Origin: Malacoraja senta
Taxonomy: Eukaryota
Direction of reading: 5' to 3'
Length of the DNA stretch: 64,000 nt
Assembly (NCBI GenBank): GCA_038087875.1
Contig: CM075988.1
Location: 12,836,001-12,900,000, forward strand
This document shows, piece after piece, positions 1 to 12,299 of the stretch (positions are counted from its first letter, which is position 1; every line of letters starts with the position of its first letter). Made by a program: the position numbers and the translations under genes. The notes beneath the pieces were generated by a model that saw only the letters and a program-made list of their open reading frames with translations, did no database searches and was not told where the DNA came from.

Positions 1-845
1 CTTCTTCTTCTTATCGAGTCCACACACAAGATTAGAAGTTGTTCAGCCAGAGCAGAACACACTTCTCGGCATCTGCATATAATGGTGTATATCTTGTTGC
101 TTCTTGTGCGCGGTGGTGGAAAGATTGGTGGAAACAGGGCTGCGACGTGAACGCTCTTTCCTTGATCCTATGTACTTATGCTTACAAACATTTATAATTG
201 CACTCAGCTTGCTGGCACACACTTCCACTTGCACATTGTCATGCTGCGTCCTTCTGCTTGTATACACCGTTGCGTGCATGCACTCTTGTTTGTTTGCATT
301 TGCTTGCACTCTCACTTGGAGGTGCTCTCACTTTCACAGATTCCTACTTGAAGAAATTCTCATTTTCACAAACTGTCGCCTGCATATATTTTTGCTAGCG
401 TGCAATTTCTTACCATCTGTCTGACTTCCTGTCTCTATCTATCTGATTTTTACTATTATTAATGTTGGAAAGGCTTGGAATTTACCGTGACCAATTCACT
501 AGCACTCTTATTTGAATGCATTTATTAAACTTCTGCCAGCTGTTTATAAAGAGATAGTTGAGCCTAAATCATAATAAGTGCATTCAGCCTTGATGTAACA
601 TGCCTTGCGGTTTCTGGGTGCTAATCTCATTCGCTCATTTCCAAAACCGTGACCTCTACATCAAGGACACATAGAGGTGGGTAATAATTAGATCGGAACC
701 TTGCTTTAGATTCTCCAATAAAGTATTTCATGTTTTATAAAATGGATAAATCACCCTGGCATTCTGGGTTCAAGAAGGAAACAGTAAACAAGCTTATTTT
801 ATAAATTAAACCATCAGGCACATGAGAAAGGAACACAACTATTAA

Positions 846-1049
846 AGTGCCTGTCCCACTTTCACGACCTCTGCCGAGTTTGCCCTTGACTCATACTCGC
901 AGCATGGTCGTAGGAGGTCGTAGGTAGGTTGTGATGCTAGTCGTAGGTATTCGTGGCATCAAGTAGGTCGGGGCGTTTTTCTAGCGTGATGAAAAATGTC
1001 CACGAGTAAAAAAGGTTGTGAATTAGGTTGTGAAAGTGGGACAGGCCCT
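846..1049. mobile_element. MITE, PIF/Harbinger-like
   Basis: Terminal inverted repeats AGTGCCTGTCCCACTTTCACGACCT ... AGGTTGTGAAAGTGGGACAGGCCCT, flanked by TAA at 843-845 and 1050-1052; no ORF. Confidence 0.8.
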
Positions 1050-1539
1050 TAAGGAGCTGTATGCAGTGTGGTTAATTAATAAAATTAGTTACTCAATGTT
1101 TAAAATCACAATGCTCAGCTCTGAGGATGGTATCATTTCTCTCAGTGCTCAGTAAAGCTTCTTTAGTCTGCATTGAAAACCATTTTCCAAGAGATGAAAT
1201 ATCTCTCTCTGAGATGCGATCAGGAAAGTGTACATTGTGTCAAAGTTTATATGCTTAATCCAAGGATCATAGAAATATACAGCATGGAGACAGATCCACG
1301 CTGAACATAAACTACACATTTAAACTAATCCTTCACTGATCCTACTTTTATTCTGCTGCATTCTCATCAATTTATCCCAGATTCTACCTCTCCACCATAT
1401 ACTAGGGGCTAACCTATCAACCTGTATGTCTTTGGGACATGATGTTCTTCACAGTCAGCAAAAAAAATTGGGTTGCATATTTTGTCTCAGTTTGCCAGTT
1501 GTTGGGTGTTATTTACCAGAATGGTACTCAGCTGTTAAC

Positions 1540-1662
1540 TCTCAGTCTGAAGAAGGGTTTCGACCCACAACAGCACCTATTCCTTTTCTCCAGAGATGCT
1601 GCCTGACCCACTGAGGTTGTTGCGCTTCGGTGTAAACCAGCATCTGCAGTTCATTCCTACAC
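1540..1662 (+). mobile_element. Penelope-derived short repeat with degenerate hammerhead motif
   Basis: CAGTCTGAAGAAGGGTTTCGACCC...CCTATTCCTTTTCTCCAGAGATGCTGCCTGACCC, the same family as many other copies in the window. Confidence 0.7.
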
Positions 1663-2689
1663 AGTGCAGCACAGGAACATTTCAGCCCAGTTCAGCCCAC
1701 AATGTTTGTTTTGATCATGATGCCGAGGTAAACGGATCTTATCTGCCTGTACAAGATTCATATCCCTCTATTCCTTGCACTTCATCTGCCATTTCTCTGC
1801 CCATTTTTGCAACTGATCTTCATCCTGCTGTATCTCTGACAGCCTTTCTCACTGTGCAACTCATTCAATGTTGGTGTTGTTATCATTCCTGCTCAAAAAC
1901 CCATCTACATTTACGTCCATGCACTGATGGTTTACTGCTCCTCCCCTCATCAAGACCATGCTTTTGTATATGTCTCATTTCACATAACTCAGGTCTGCTC
2001 CCAGTTACGCCAGGATCTAGAACTCTCACGATTTAGCAAAAATGTAGAAGCCCATACTTCAGTTCCAAAGTGGTGAGTTTGCACTGAACTCTGAGATTCA
2101 ACAGCACAGATGCCACGCCAGATAATATTATGAAATACAGCTGTTCAAGAGGGCAGCTCACCAGCACCTTCTCAGAGGCAGCTAAAAATAGCTAATTAAA
2201 TGCTTGCTCAGCCGATGAAACCCACATGCCTTTAATGAATATAAAGAAATATTATCACTAATGAGAACCATTTTGAACCAGTGGGAGCACATATCCCATG
2301 TGAGAAAACAAGGGCAAGGCAATTGAATTTCCACTTCATTCTCTTTACACATCAGAGGTTTTTTTCCATTTAATTAGTTAGATAAAACTCAAGAATTGTT
2401 TCATGAGCTAGAACTGGGCACAACTGACTTTTTTTGTGAAGCTGCCTACAATATTCGTCCACCAATTTTGGAAAATCATTGACTTTTATTTACCATTTCT
2501 TTGTTACACAAATGCAGGATGGTTGATAGTCTTGGCCTGTAAATTTGAGATAGACTAACTTGAGATGTCCATATGCATCATTGGTCCAGAATTTCCTTGA
2601 TCTTTGGCACAAATGTTAATGCTACCTACTGAGTTGAAATTTATCAACTTGCGTTAGCTGATAAAAGGGTATGTAACACCAGCATACCC

Positions 2690-2995
2690 AGGTTAGGGGA
2701 ATCAAACAGCTAGGGAATAAACCCCTAGGTTTAGGTGAGAGAGAAAAGATTTAATTGGAGCCTGAGGGACAACTTTTCAGACAGAGGGTGGTGGGAATAT
2801 GGAAAGAGCTGCCAGAGAAAGTAGTTGAGGAAGGTACAATAACAACATTTAAAAGACATTTGGACAGGTACATGGATAGAAAAAGGTTTAGAAGGATATG
2901 GGCCAAATGTGGGCAGGTAGCGTAGATGGGGCATCTCGGTCGGCATGGGCAAGTTGGGCCAAAAGGCCTGTTCCACTGCTGTATGACTCTATGAT
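2690..2995 (+). mobile_element. CR1/HER1-like LINE 3' fragment
   Basis: Degenerate RT C-terminus (NFFTQRVVGxWxELPE...TFKRHLDRYMD), then 3' UTR GGCCTGTT...GCTGTATGACTCTATGA. Confidence 0.8.
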
Positions 2996-3149
2996 ATTTT
3001 CTCATTGTTTATTTCAGTTGTTGAAGCAGATAAAACGTTCATGGGCAGGTACATGGATACAATCGGTTTGAGGGCTATGCAGACAAATTGGATTAGCTTG
3101 ATTGGCCAAATGTGTGGTCTGCTATGAGGTCTCACTCTTGGAGGCTGTA

Positions 3150-3402
3150 AGTTCTGCTGGAGACCTGGGTTTGATCCTGACTACGGGTGCTGTCTGTACT
3201 GAGTTTGTACGTTCTACCCGTGACCGAGTGGGTTTTCTCCCACACTCGAAAGACGTACTGGTTTGTAGTTTAAGTGACTTGGTATAAAATGGAAAATGTC
3301 CCTGGTGTGTGTAGGATAGTGTTAATGTGCGGGGATCGCTAGTCAGTGTGGACCCGATGGGCCGAAGGCCCTGTTTCCGCCCTGTATCTCTAAACTAAAA
3401 AA
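3150..3402 (+). mobile_element. tRNA-derived V-SINE/HE1-like SINE (5' degenerate)
   Basis: B-box-like GGTTTGATCC, central GTGCTGTCTGTACTGAGTTTGTACGTTCT domain, CR1-like tail GGGCCGAAGGCCCTGTTTCC...TGTATCTCTAAACTAAA. Confidence 0.8.
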
Positions 3403-3608
3403 CAAATCTGAAATCCCAGTAACTGAAAATACTCAGCAGATTCCGAAGTTTTTGCTCGTGCTTTGGAGAGTGTGCTAATAGCTTTGGAGATAATAGCATA
3501 GATTGTCGATGTTTAGTATTCATTACATTAAAGGCAAAAATGAAAGTAAATACAGATTTGCTCAACACAAATTATATTTGTCTAACGGGGAAGGTTTGTG
3601 AGGCCGAT

Positions 3609-5741
3609 TGTGGTAGCAGCTGACGGTCAGACCACTTCCGGGTGAGGTCGAACCCTCGTCAGTGGTTACGAGGGCTGTCACGTGACGTCATGGGTTAAGG
3701 GGAGTGTCCTGCTACATAAGCAGATCTCACCTTGAGATCTGGAGTCAACAGGTGGCTGAGCCTCGAGACAACACCCTCGCCCAGCTGCAGCAGCAATGAC
3801 AATATGTTAGAGGACCAAACTTGCATGTACGTCAACCATGTAATGTCTGAATAAAGCAACTGTTTGTTCACTACGTTTGGTGCCGCTACCTTGGTGACCC
3901 GCGATGATCCAAATTTGGGATTTGGGATTTCTCCCGATGCACGGAGCCTCGGGAGACCTGATGTCTGCAGCCGACAGCCCAGCCATGCTGAACGACGCTG
4001 CCGCCAACCCGGCCCTACCGTAAGGTATGCCGCAGGCTGCCCGGGTCGATGGGCGCGGTCCAGGCCTTGTTTGACGGCCACCAATCTCTCGCGCATGACC
4101 CGCCCGGAGCCGATCACCGGAGCTGAGAGGCCGGGGCTGCCGCCGCTCCCCCACCCAGCTGCTGCCCACCAGAGCTGAGAGGCCGTGGCTGCCATCGCTC
4201 CCCCACCAGCCTTCGCTCCCACGTGGTGGGCTGAGGCCCATCGATGCCGGCCGCCAATGCACGCATCCGGGAATCGCCCCGGTTGGCCGCCAGTAAAGGC
4301 CGACTCAGTCGGCAGCCAAGATGGCTGCCGCGACCTACTCCCACATGGCCGCCACAGTCAACTGCCAAAATGGCCGCTGCAGCCGGCCAGAAGCGACGCT
4401 CAACCTGCTCTGACCGCCGTCAACAGCGCCACCTCGGGTCGGATAGTGTCACTGCAGCCTGACTGTCATCAACAGCGCCACCTCAGGTCAGATGGTGTCG
4501 CTGCAGCCTGACCGCAGGCAACAGCGCCACATCAGGTCGGATGGTGTCACTGCAACCTCCAGTTTTCCAGCTTCCAGCACAGCACAGGGGTGGAGCTGGC
4601 GGAGCCGCTGTCCCAGCCTGTCCACACCCAGGGCTGTTGGGTCTGCTCCAGCTACCGCCACAGGTACTGCACCAGGTCGCGGTAACTGCTGTCGTACTTG
4701 TCGCAGCGTGACCCCGTAAACCTCCTCATGTACATCCTTCCGGTCATGGCGCCACCACAGGAGCGGCTCAATGCATCACCATTAACACCAAGCTCCCAGC
4801 GACCAGAAGAGACTTTGACAAGATGAATCCGCCATTAACCGTCGCTCCCGGCCCTAATCCCCGTCACATGCACGGGTCCCGTCCCTTCTGGTGGAAGGTG
4901 GCGCTGGACCTCCAGTTTTCCAGCTTCCAGCACAGCTTTACATCAGACACTGGACAATTTGGACTTACAGTTTCCTACCACGTTGGACTTGTTTGCTCAC
5001 TGTAGTTTGTTTTGTTTCTTTTCACTTTTTTTACACTGTCGTGACCTCACCGGGTTTAGATATTAGTTTATTCTTATTTCTTTGTGTTTTCTTTGGTTTG
5101 CATTGTTGCCGACGTCTCCCAGCCATTGCTGCGTGCAGTATTTCTCAGGACACAATCCCCTGCTCGTCGATGAGATGCGACTGAGTCTCGTCCATCCTGC
5201 GGCTTTTGCATTGGTCTCCTTGCACTCCTTGGCATACGGCCAGGAAGGCCCACAGCTGGAGCGTCAACTGTGCCCATGGGCCCCACCGCCCCGACCCACA
5301 GCCGGGTGCCTGTGACCCACAGCAGGAGCCGTCCTCAACCATGCTTACACACCTTCTTGTAGAAGGTTAGCGCGCTCTATTCCTTTTCGCCTGTGCATTT
5401 ACGAGTTTTGGCTGCCGTGTTTCATTGGCCTGCTCATTTTCCTTCCTCCGGTTCTGAGGGTGGTCCTGCGGCATCAGCTGATGGTCAGACCACTTACGGT
5501 TGAACCCTCGTCAGTGGTTACGAGGGCTGTCACGTGACCTCATGGGTTAAGGGGAATGTCCTGCCACATAAGCAGATCTCACCTTGAGATCTGGAGTTGA
5601 CAAGTAGCTGAGCTCGAGTCAACACCCTCGCTCAGCTGCAGCAGCAATGACAATATGTTAGAGGACCAAACTTGCATGTACATCAACCATGTGATGTCTG
5701 AATAAAGCATCTGTTTGTTCACCACCTTTGGTGCCACTACA
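3609..5741 (+). mobile_element. Non-autonomous Gypsy-like LTR retrotransposon; LTRs 3609-3890 and 5467-5741
   Basis: Two ~280-bp direct repeats with TG...CA ends and imperfect inverted termini (TGTGGTAGCA / TGCCACTACA). PBS TGGTGACCC at 3892 resembles a tRNA-Trp PBS; PPT-like TCTGAGGGTGGTCC precedes the 3' LTR; each LTR has AATAAA. No intact gag or pol. Confidence 0.88.
4410..4556 (+). repeat. 49-bp tandem repeat x3 inside the LTR element
   Basis: CAACAGCGCCAC recurs at 4421, 4470 and 4519. Confidence 0.85.
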
Positions 5742-6389
5742 ATATTATAAATACCACATCAAGAAGCTTTTTGCATAGTCATATTCTCATGAGTTTACAG
5801 TAGCATGGATAGAAAATTGGCCCAGAAGCAAAATGCAAAGGCTTATTATTGTCTTTCAGGTGATAGGGATGAATACATCTTTGTTCCCCAGTGATTGGGA
5901 GAGCAAAGCCTAGCCTTTTGACACGTGTTAGCAAGTTTAATGTGTACAGAGCATAGTTTAAAAGTTTGTATCTAATACAAAATGCAAAAAGCTACTAAAT
6001 TTGGAAAAGGAAGGCTAAATGCCAATGTTATAGGTAGATACGGGAAAATCAATGCAAAAAGTGTGATGACATTTAATTTGGTAGGAAGAATAGGGGGGAG
6101 GCATTATGAACTAAGGGATGCATTTTAAAAGTGGTTGTAAAAACAGAGTACTTTGGGTCTAAATGCACAATTTAAAAGAAAAAGGCTTAGTTGAAGAGGC
6201 CTGTTTAAAACAAAAGATGTACATTTCATATATTCCTTTTGTAGCTGCCTATCGTTGGTAAGGCAGAGTTAACTGCACATCTATAATTCTACTTGAAAAG
6301 GGTGGTGTGTGGTTGCTAACGAACAGTTTCAGTGATTCTGGTGAAAATTGAAGCACAACGATACACTAATAGAGAATAAGAAATTGCAA

Positions 6390-6582
6390 GCGACAAAGTT
6401 CTGGAGTAATTCAACAGTTCAGACAGCATCATTGGAGAACATGGACAGACTCTGAAGAAGGGTCCCGACCAAAAACGTGGTCTTTCCATGTTCCCCAAAT
6501 ATGCTGCCTGACCTGCTGAGTTACTCCAGTACTTTATGTTTTCTTTTATAAACCAATTTCCGAGCAGTTCCTTGTTTCTACA
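6390..6582. mobile_element. Penelope-derived repeat, inverted (hairpin) arrangement
   Basis: CTGGAGTAATTCAACAG...CAGCATC arm opposed to ATGCTGCCTGACCTGCTGAGTTACTCCAG, with a hammerhead-like core at 6452. Confidence 0.65.
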
Positions 6583-6611
6583 TAAGAAACTGATGCAGGA
6601 TTAGACCGAAG

Positions 6612-6703
6612 GTACACAAAAATGCTGGAGAAACTCAGCGGGTGCAGCAGCATCTATGGAGCGAAGGAAATAGGCAACGTTTCGGGCCGAAACCCTTCTT
6701 CAG
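6612..6703 (-). mobile_element. ~90-bp Penelope-derived insertion with target-site duplication and intact hammerhead core
   Basis: Direct repeat (CAG)GATTAGACCGAAG at 6596-6611 and 6701-6716. The minus strand reads CTGAAGAAGGGTTTCGGCCCGAAACGTTG. Confidence 0.8.
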
Positions 6704-7066
6704 GATTAGACCGAAGTCCTCTTGAATCAATTTGCTTTTCAATCTGATTATGGTGGATTTGACCGATTGTCTCAACTTCCCCAGAACTTTTTTTGGATCC
6801 GATTCTTCTACAGTCCAAATAATCAATCTACCTCAGCCTTGGAAATGCTTAAAGATTTAGTGTCTATAGCTGACTGGGTCAAACCCTTGTTCTCTTCATC
6901 TTAAACAGATGTACCAGTTATCTTAATACTGTGCCCTCCTGCGATGCTTGAAGATCTGCAGAATGTAAGTGCAGAGCCGATGGTGAGGAGAGTGGTGAGG
7001 ACAGGGGTGAGGACAGGTAGCTCAACGTTCTTAGGAAACTCTGGTCAAATTTTTCATGTGTAGATA

Positions 7067-7378
7067 CTTTAGTTTTAGAGATACAGCGCGGAAACAGGCC
7101 CTTTCGCCCACCAAGTCCGCACCGACCAGCGATCCCTGCACACTAACATTATCCTACATACTAGGGACAATTAACATTAATACCAAGCTAATTAACCTAC
7201 AAACCTGTACGTCTTTGGAGTGTGGGAGGAAACTGATAATCTCGGAGTAAACCCCCGCAGACTTGGGGAGAACGTAAAACTCCTTACAGACAGCACCCTT
7301 AGTTGGGATCTAACCCGGGTCTCCGACACTGCAAGCTCTTTAAGGCAGCAAATCTATCGCTGCACCACCGTGCCGCCC
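7067..7378 (-). mobile_element. V-SINE/HE1-like SINE, near full length
   Basis: Minus-strand tRNA head GGCGGCACGGTGGTGCAGCGATAGA and tail GGGCCTGTTTCCGCGCTGTATCTCTAAAACTAAA. Confidence 0.85.
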
Positions 7379-8383
7379 TTGGTGGAATCTTTCACAGATG
7401 AACAGCAATGAAGAGCGATGGAACAAAGAAATGCATTAAGGTCCTACACCCAATCACAAATATATTTCTGAAGTAAAAATCAACTAAACTGTATTTAAAA
7501 AAAAGGTTAGATTATTAAAATTATAGAAGTGTCAGCATACAAAGATCTCCAATTAAATTAATTGCAATTAAATGATGTTGTGACAAGAGATCAAGGCAAC
7601 ACAAGTATAAAATAAAAATGGCAAACTGAAGTTTGTTCAATTTCCTCTAACAAAAAGGGGAAAAGGGCTATAGAATCTCAGCAGCATGTAGAAACCTAAT
7701 TCAGGTTCCATTTTGATGACCTGTCATCAGAACTGTAAGATATTTGGAGAAGAACGGGCTGTAAACCAGCGCACAGATAAGGAATAAATAAAGGGTTGTT
7801 GTGATTAAGCAACAAAAAGGGTGTGTGGAATTGATGCAAGGAAATGGCAGGTTTCAAATGTAGAAGCAGAGGATTGGTGCGGAGGAGGTGGAGATAGTCA
7901 TGGCAGAATTGCAGAGGTGAGCGGAGGACCTGGAGAGCTGGGAAAGGTTCCTGTGATTCATCAATGTAAGGAGAAGCAGAAATCAGTGATCATTTGTGGA
8001 CACCGCCCCAGCACAGATTTCCAGCACCACCTCCTACATTGCATTTGAGGTATTCTCCTGTGGCCTGCAGCCAATTGGAGGGAAACACCAGTCTGTTACC
8101 TTTTAATTCATCTCCTGCAGAAAATTCAGAGGAACAGGCACATTCTGCCAAAGTGACTACAAATGATAGACCTACAGTATATAACAAGCAATATTGGGCT
8201 ACTCTCTGAATAACCGTTATTTACTCTGTAGTCATATCTGTTGATAATTAGGTCATTATGTCAATCCCTGTGATATAATTGTGACATCCCAATATTACAT
8301 TTTAAACAGTTTTAAAACACTCTAACTTTATCATTGTAACATGATATATGCTTGCAATTTTAATTATTATTAAAGAAAATAGG

Positions 8384-8700
8384 TTTAGTTTAGAGATGCA
8401 GCATGGAAACAGGCCCTTCGTCCCACTGAGTCCACGTCAACTATCCATCACCCGATCACACTAGTTCTACATTTTACCACTTTTCTATCCACTCCCGACA
8501 CACTAAGGGTAATTTTACAGAAGCTAATTAACCTACAAATCTTTGCACAAACCTGCACATCTTTGGGATTTGGGAGGAAACTGGAGCGCACAGAAGAAAC
8601 CCACATGTTCGCAGGGAGAACATGCAAACTCCACACAAACAGCCACCGAGGTCGGAATTGAACCTGGGTCTCAGATGTTGTGATGCAGCAGCTGTGCAAT
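8384..8700 (-). mobile_element. V-SINE/HE1-like SINE
   Basis: Minus-strand B-box GGTTCAATTCC, V-domain and CR1-like tail. Confidence 0.75.
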
Positions 8701-8926
8701 TGCAAATGTGCAGGTTGGAATGTGACAATAGGCAGTTGTCGTAAGGTACGGTGCAGTGTTGGAATGTGGGAAATATTTTGAGTAAGAAAGCTGGAGAGGG
8801 TTAAGGTGTATTCACAGAAGAAGTGAAAAGCTTCGCACCTCTGGTGTTATTAGAGAACGTCTTTCTGCACTACAACCAGGCATAACCATGCACAGTCCCA
8901 ACTGCAACCAGCCTTGAAAGATTTGA

Positions 8927-9000
8927 AAAAAGTCAGCTCTCCTTTTTCTCCAGAGACACTGCCTGACCTGCTGAGTTACCACATCACCTGGTGTCTATCT
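8927..9000 (+). mobile_element. Penelope-derived fragment with 13-bp target-site duplication
   Basis: TTGAAAGATTTGA at 8914-8926 and 9001-9013 flanks TCTCCAGAGACACTGCCTGACCTGCTGAGTTAC. Confidence 0.65.
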
Positions 9001-9039
9001 TTGAAAGATTTGATGCCTGGATCACAATCCCAAAGCACC

Positions 9040-9553
9040 ATATTATGCGTTTGCTCTGGAGAGGGTCCAGAGGAGCTTTACAAGAATTATCCCAGAAATG
9101 ATCATCAACCTATGATGTGCGTTTGTCAGAACTGGGCCTGTTCTTGCTGGAGTTTAGAAGAATGAGGGAGAACCCCATTGAAATATACAGAATAATGAAA
9201 GGCTTGGATAGAGTGCAGATGGAGAGGATGTTTCCATTAGTGGGAGAGTCTAGGACTAGAGGTCATAGGCTCAGAATTAAAGGTTCATTTAGGAAGGAGA
9301 TAAGGAAAAATGTCTTTAGTTAGAGGGTGATGAATCTGTGGAATTCTTTGCCACAGAATGCTGTGGAGGCCAAGTCAGTGGATATTTTTAAGGCAGAGAT
9401 GGATAGATTCTTGATTAATACAGGTGTCAGAGGTTATGGAGAGAAGGGAGGACAATGGGGTTAGGAGGGAGAGATAGATCAGCTATGATTGAACGGCGGA
9501 GTAGACTTGAATGGCCTAATTCTACTCTTATCACATGACCATATGATCTTATG
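9040..9553 (+). mobile_element. CR1/HER1-like LINE 3' fragment
   Basis: ORF 9117-9323 (LGLFLLEFRRMR...ERMFPLVGESRTRGHRLRIKG) is a CR1 RT C-terminus, followed by the 3' UTR and an (ATG/CTT)-type tail. Confidence 0.88.
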
Positions 9554-10175
9554 AAAGCAGCATCTGAGGGATTGACTGAATGTCCCAGAAAAGATTCCAT
9601 TGCTCTGACCTCTTATCTTGTAACTGGAATGTGTCTGCCTCCTTATAATTGCACTCAAGGACCTTTTATAAGCACTCTCCTCCCATCTAAAGATGTGCAG
9701 CTAATGAATAACACAGACACTGTACCTGAATGATTGTAATCAGTGGACGCCATGACCATTAGCTGAAGCCTCGATACTGAATACTCAGCAACAGCCATGT
9801 GCAACGTGCACTCTACCTTCTGCCTGAACATTTGCAGGATCCATCAAACTTGTAGGCCTGGATATTCTATTAACCAAGTGTGTGGTGTGTAACTCAGTGA
9901 TTAAATAAACCTTTAAAGTGATGGTGATATGTCACAATATTAATATTGATTCTGTCTATCAATTGAAACAAGTCACAATGTTAATGATTTACTTTTGGTA
10001 ATGCCTTATCAAAATTTGTACCTGTTCTTCTCTTCTCTCCTCTCACATCCACATTCTTACTAACCACATTTCTAAGTGTTAAATTAAAACTGTGACCTGG
10101 TCCACCAACAACAGTAGGTTTTGTGCACTTAATGCTGGCTGGATTTTCACTTGAGTGTATATCTAAAAAAGTGAA

Positions 10176-10375
10176 NNNNNNNNNNNNNNNNNNNNNNNNN
10201 NNNNNNNNNNNNNNNNNNNNNNNNNNNNNNNNNNNNNNNNNNNNNNNNNNNNNNNNNNNNNNNNNNNNNNNNNNNNNNNNNNNNNNNNNNNNNNNNNNNN
10301 NNNNNNNNNNNNNNNNNNNNNNNNNNNNNNNNNNNNNNNNNNNNNNNNNNNNNNNNNNNNNNNNNNNNNNNNNNN
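10176..10375. other. Assembly gap (200 N)
   Basis: Run of N; ORFs spanning it are artefacts. Confidence 0.99.
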
Positions 10376-11110
10376 ACACACTAGCTCTGGTCATGAATCC
10401 ATTGCTCACTATGGAACTTTCTTGGGCACGTCACCTTTTTACATGTATTACATTTTCCAAGGTATTGTGCTACAGGATAGATTTTATATTCTTGAATGCT
10501 ATCTGCAAAGTGCACAAGGACATGGTCAGGGGTCCAGAGAGGTTTCAAGAGGATGCAGACAAGCTAGGTTTTTGGATGAGGACAAGGCAAATAGAATATG
10601 ATATGGAAAAATGGAAAATCATTCACATGGTATAACAATAGAAATGGTGAGAGATTAAAAGGTATTGGAGTTTAAAATGATCTGAGAAGGTGCAGTTTGC
10701 AATTAAGGTGCAGACTAAATTATTGCAAAAGGATTTAATTCATCATGTTTGGATTATCTTGGGCTCACATCCAGAATACAGGTTAGTTCTCCCTCCCTCA
10801 GCATGGATATCGTTGATTATAGGAGTGCCCAAAGAATGATTGTATCAATTCCTGCAAAAATCAGAAGAGGAAATTCCGTGGCTACTTAATCTCCCCCTTA
10901 TTATAAACCAACCTAGAATTGCAGGAATTGATACAACTCCTGGGCCTAAATTATTTCACTTGATTCACTTTGTTAATTGATTTGCTTTTGTCCACCACAT
11001 TGCGATTTACAGTAAGTTGTTCCATTATTTTTTTCCTAAAATATTTCACACTACAGTGTTCTACAAACCCCACACCTGCTTTGCAACCTGTGTTCCCAAC
11101 TTGATTAAAG

Positions 11111-11198
11111 AAGGGTTTCGGCCCAAAACGTTACCTATTTCCTTCGCTCCATAGATGCTGCTGCACCCGCTGAGTTTCTCCAGCATTTTTGTGTAACT
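11111..11198 (+). mobile_element. Penelope-derived short insertion with target-site duplication
   Basis: TTGATTAAAG at 11101-11110 and 11199-11208; same subfamily as 6612-6703. Confidence 0.7.
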
Positions 11199-11659
11199 TT
11201 GATTAAAGGAATGCTTTGTGTGGAGCTCATACTTAACAACAGTGAAAGAATTCAGATTACTAATTTACAGCTAATTTCTTTGTTAAATCTCTACAGATAT
11301 GACCCTTCTATTATCACTTCATGGCATTTATTGAAGAAGCACGTTCATTAAAATGTTCTGAATGTGATTACAGCAACCTGTTCAGTCACATAATCATTGC
11401 TATCTTTTCAATAGTGCTATATTGGAAGAACATTAACTACAAATTAAGAGAATCAAAGCTGATTTTTACCAAAATCTCTCACTTTTTTAATAGTTAATTC
11501 AATAAGGTGGTCGCCTTGAATCCCGAAATCCAATTTAACCCTCCGTTCACTTTTGAAGTAAAAGGCGAATAAACAAATTCAAACATTTGTCTGGAGAATG
11601 TTATATCTTCTTGGATATATGATCTGATTGTACATTTGGGTTCAGGCTGACTTTTCCCA

Positions 11660-11947
11660 CAGGCCGCAGGTAGAGGTGCTGCCTTACAGTGCCAGAGACC
11701 CAGATTAGATCCTGGCTAGGCGTGCTGTCTACAGAGTTTGTACATTCTTCCTGTGACTGCGTGGGTTTTCTCCAGGTGCGCTGGTTTCTACACACACTCC
11801 AAAGACATGCAGGTTTGTAGATTAATTGGCTTATGTAAATTATAAATTGTCCCTGGTGTGTAGGATGGTGCTAGTGTATGGGATAATCACTGGTCGGTGC
11901 GGACTCGGGTGGCCGAAGGGCCTGTTTCCATGCTGTATCTCTAAAGT
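11660..11947 (+). mobile_element. V-SINE/HE1-like SINE
   Basis: GGTAGAGGTGCTGCCTTACAG head, V-domain, tail GGCCGAAGGGCCTGTTTCCATGCTGTATCTCTAAAG. Confidence 0.82.
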
Positions 11948-12299
11948 CTTACGTAACTAGTATTGTTGCCTGCCATCTTCGGGAATCTGAGGTATGTCCA
12001 AAGTCACGCTAATTGGCGACAGAATTAAAATATGCGCATTAGTTTTGGTGAGCGATGAAAAGATTGAAAGGGGAGTTCATGAGCATATTAGAGAGAATAA
12101 CTTGCGGGGATGTTATAGGTGTTGGTTTATTATTGTCATGTGCGCTAAAGGGTGGGAGATTGCAACCTTCACATGGTCCGCCCTGTTTCAATGAATTCAA
12201 TCAACTGAATTCATGTGAATTCATGCACAATCAAATAAGATCAAATAGAACAAATTGTCCAACAACTTTAAGCTGTGAACTCCATACGCAAGAAGAAGA

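Noticed and set aside
43..430. Cys/Leu-rich ORFs at the window start
   Set aside because: Low-complexity TGCAC/CTTG-rich sequence next to a probable retroposon tail, with no coding signature.
3695..5342. Many overlapping GC-rich ORFs
   Set aside because: They lie inside the LTR element, show no recognisable gag/pol motifs, and are open because of high GC content.
9981..10635. Long ORFs spanning poly-X
   Set aside because: Artefacts of the 200-N assembly gap; the downstream part is decayed CR1-like sequence.
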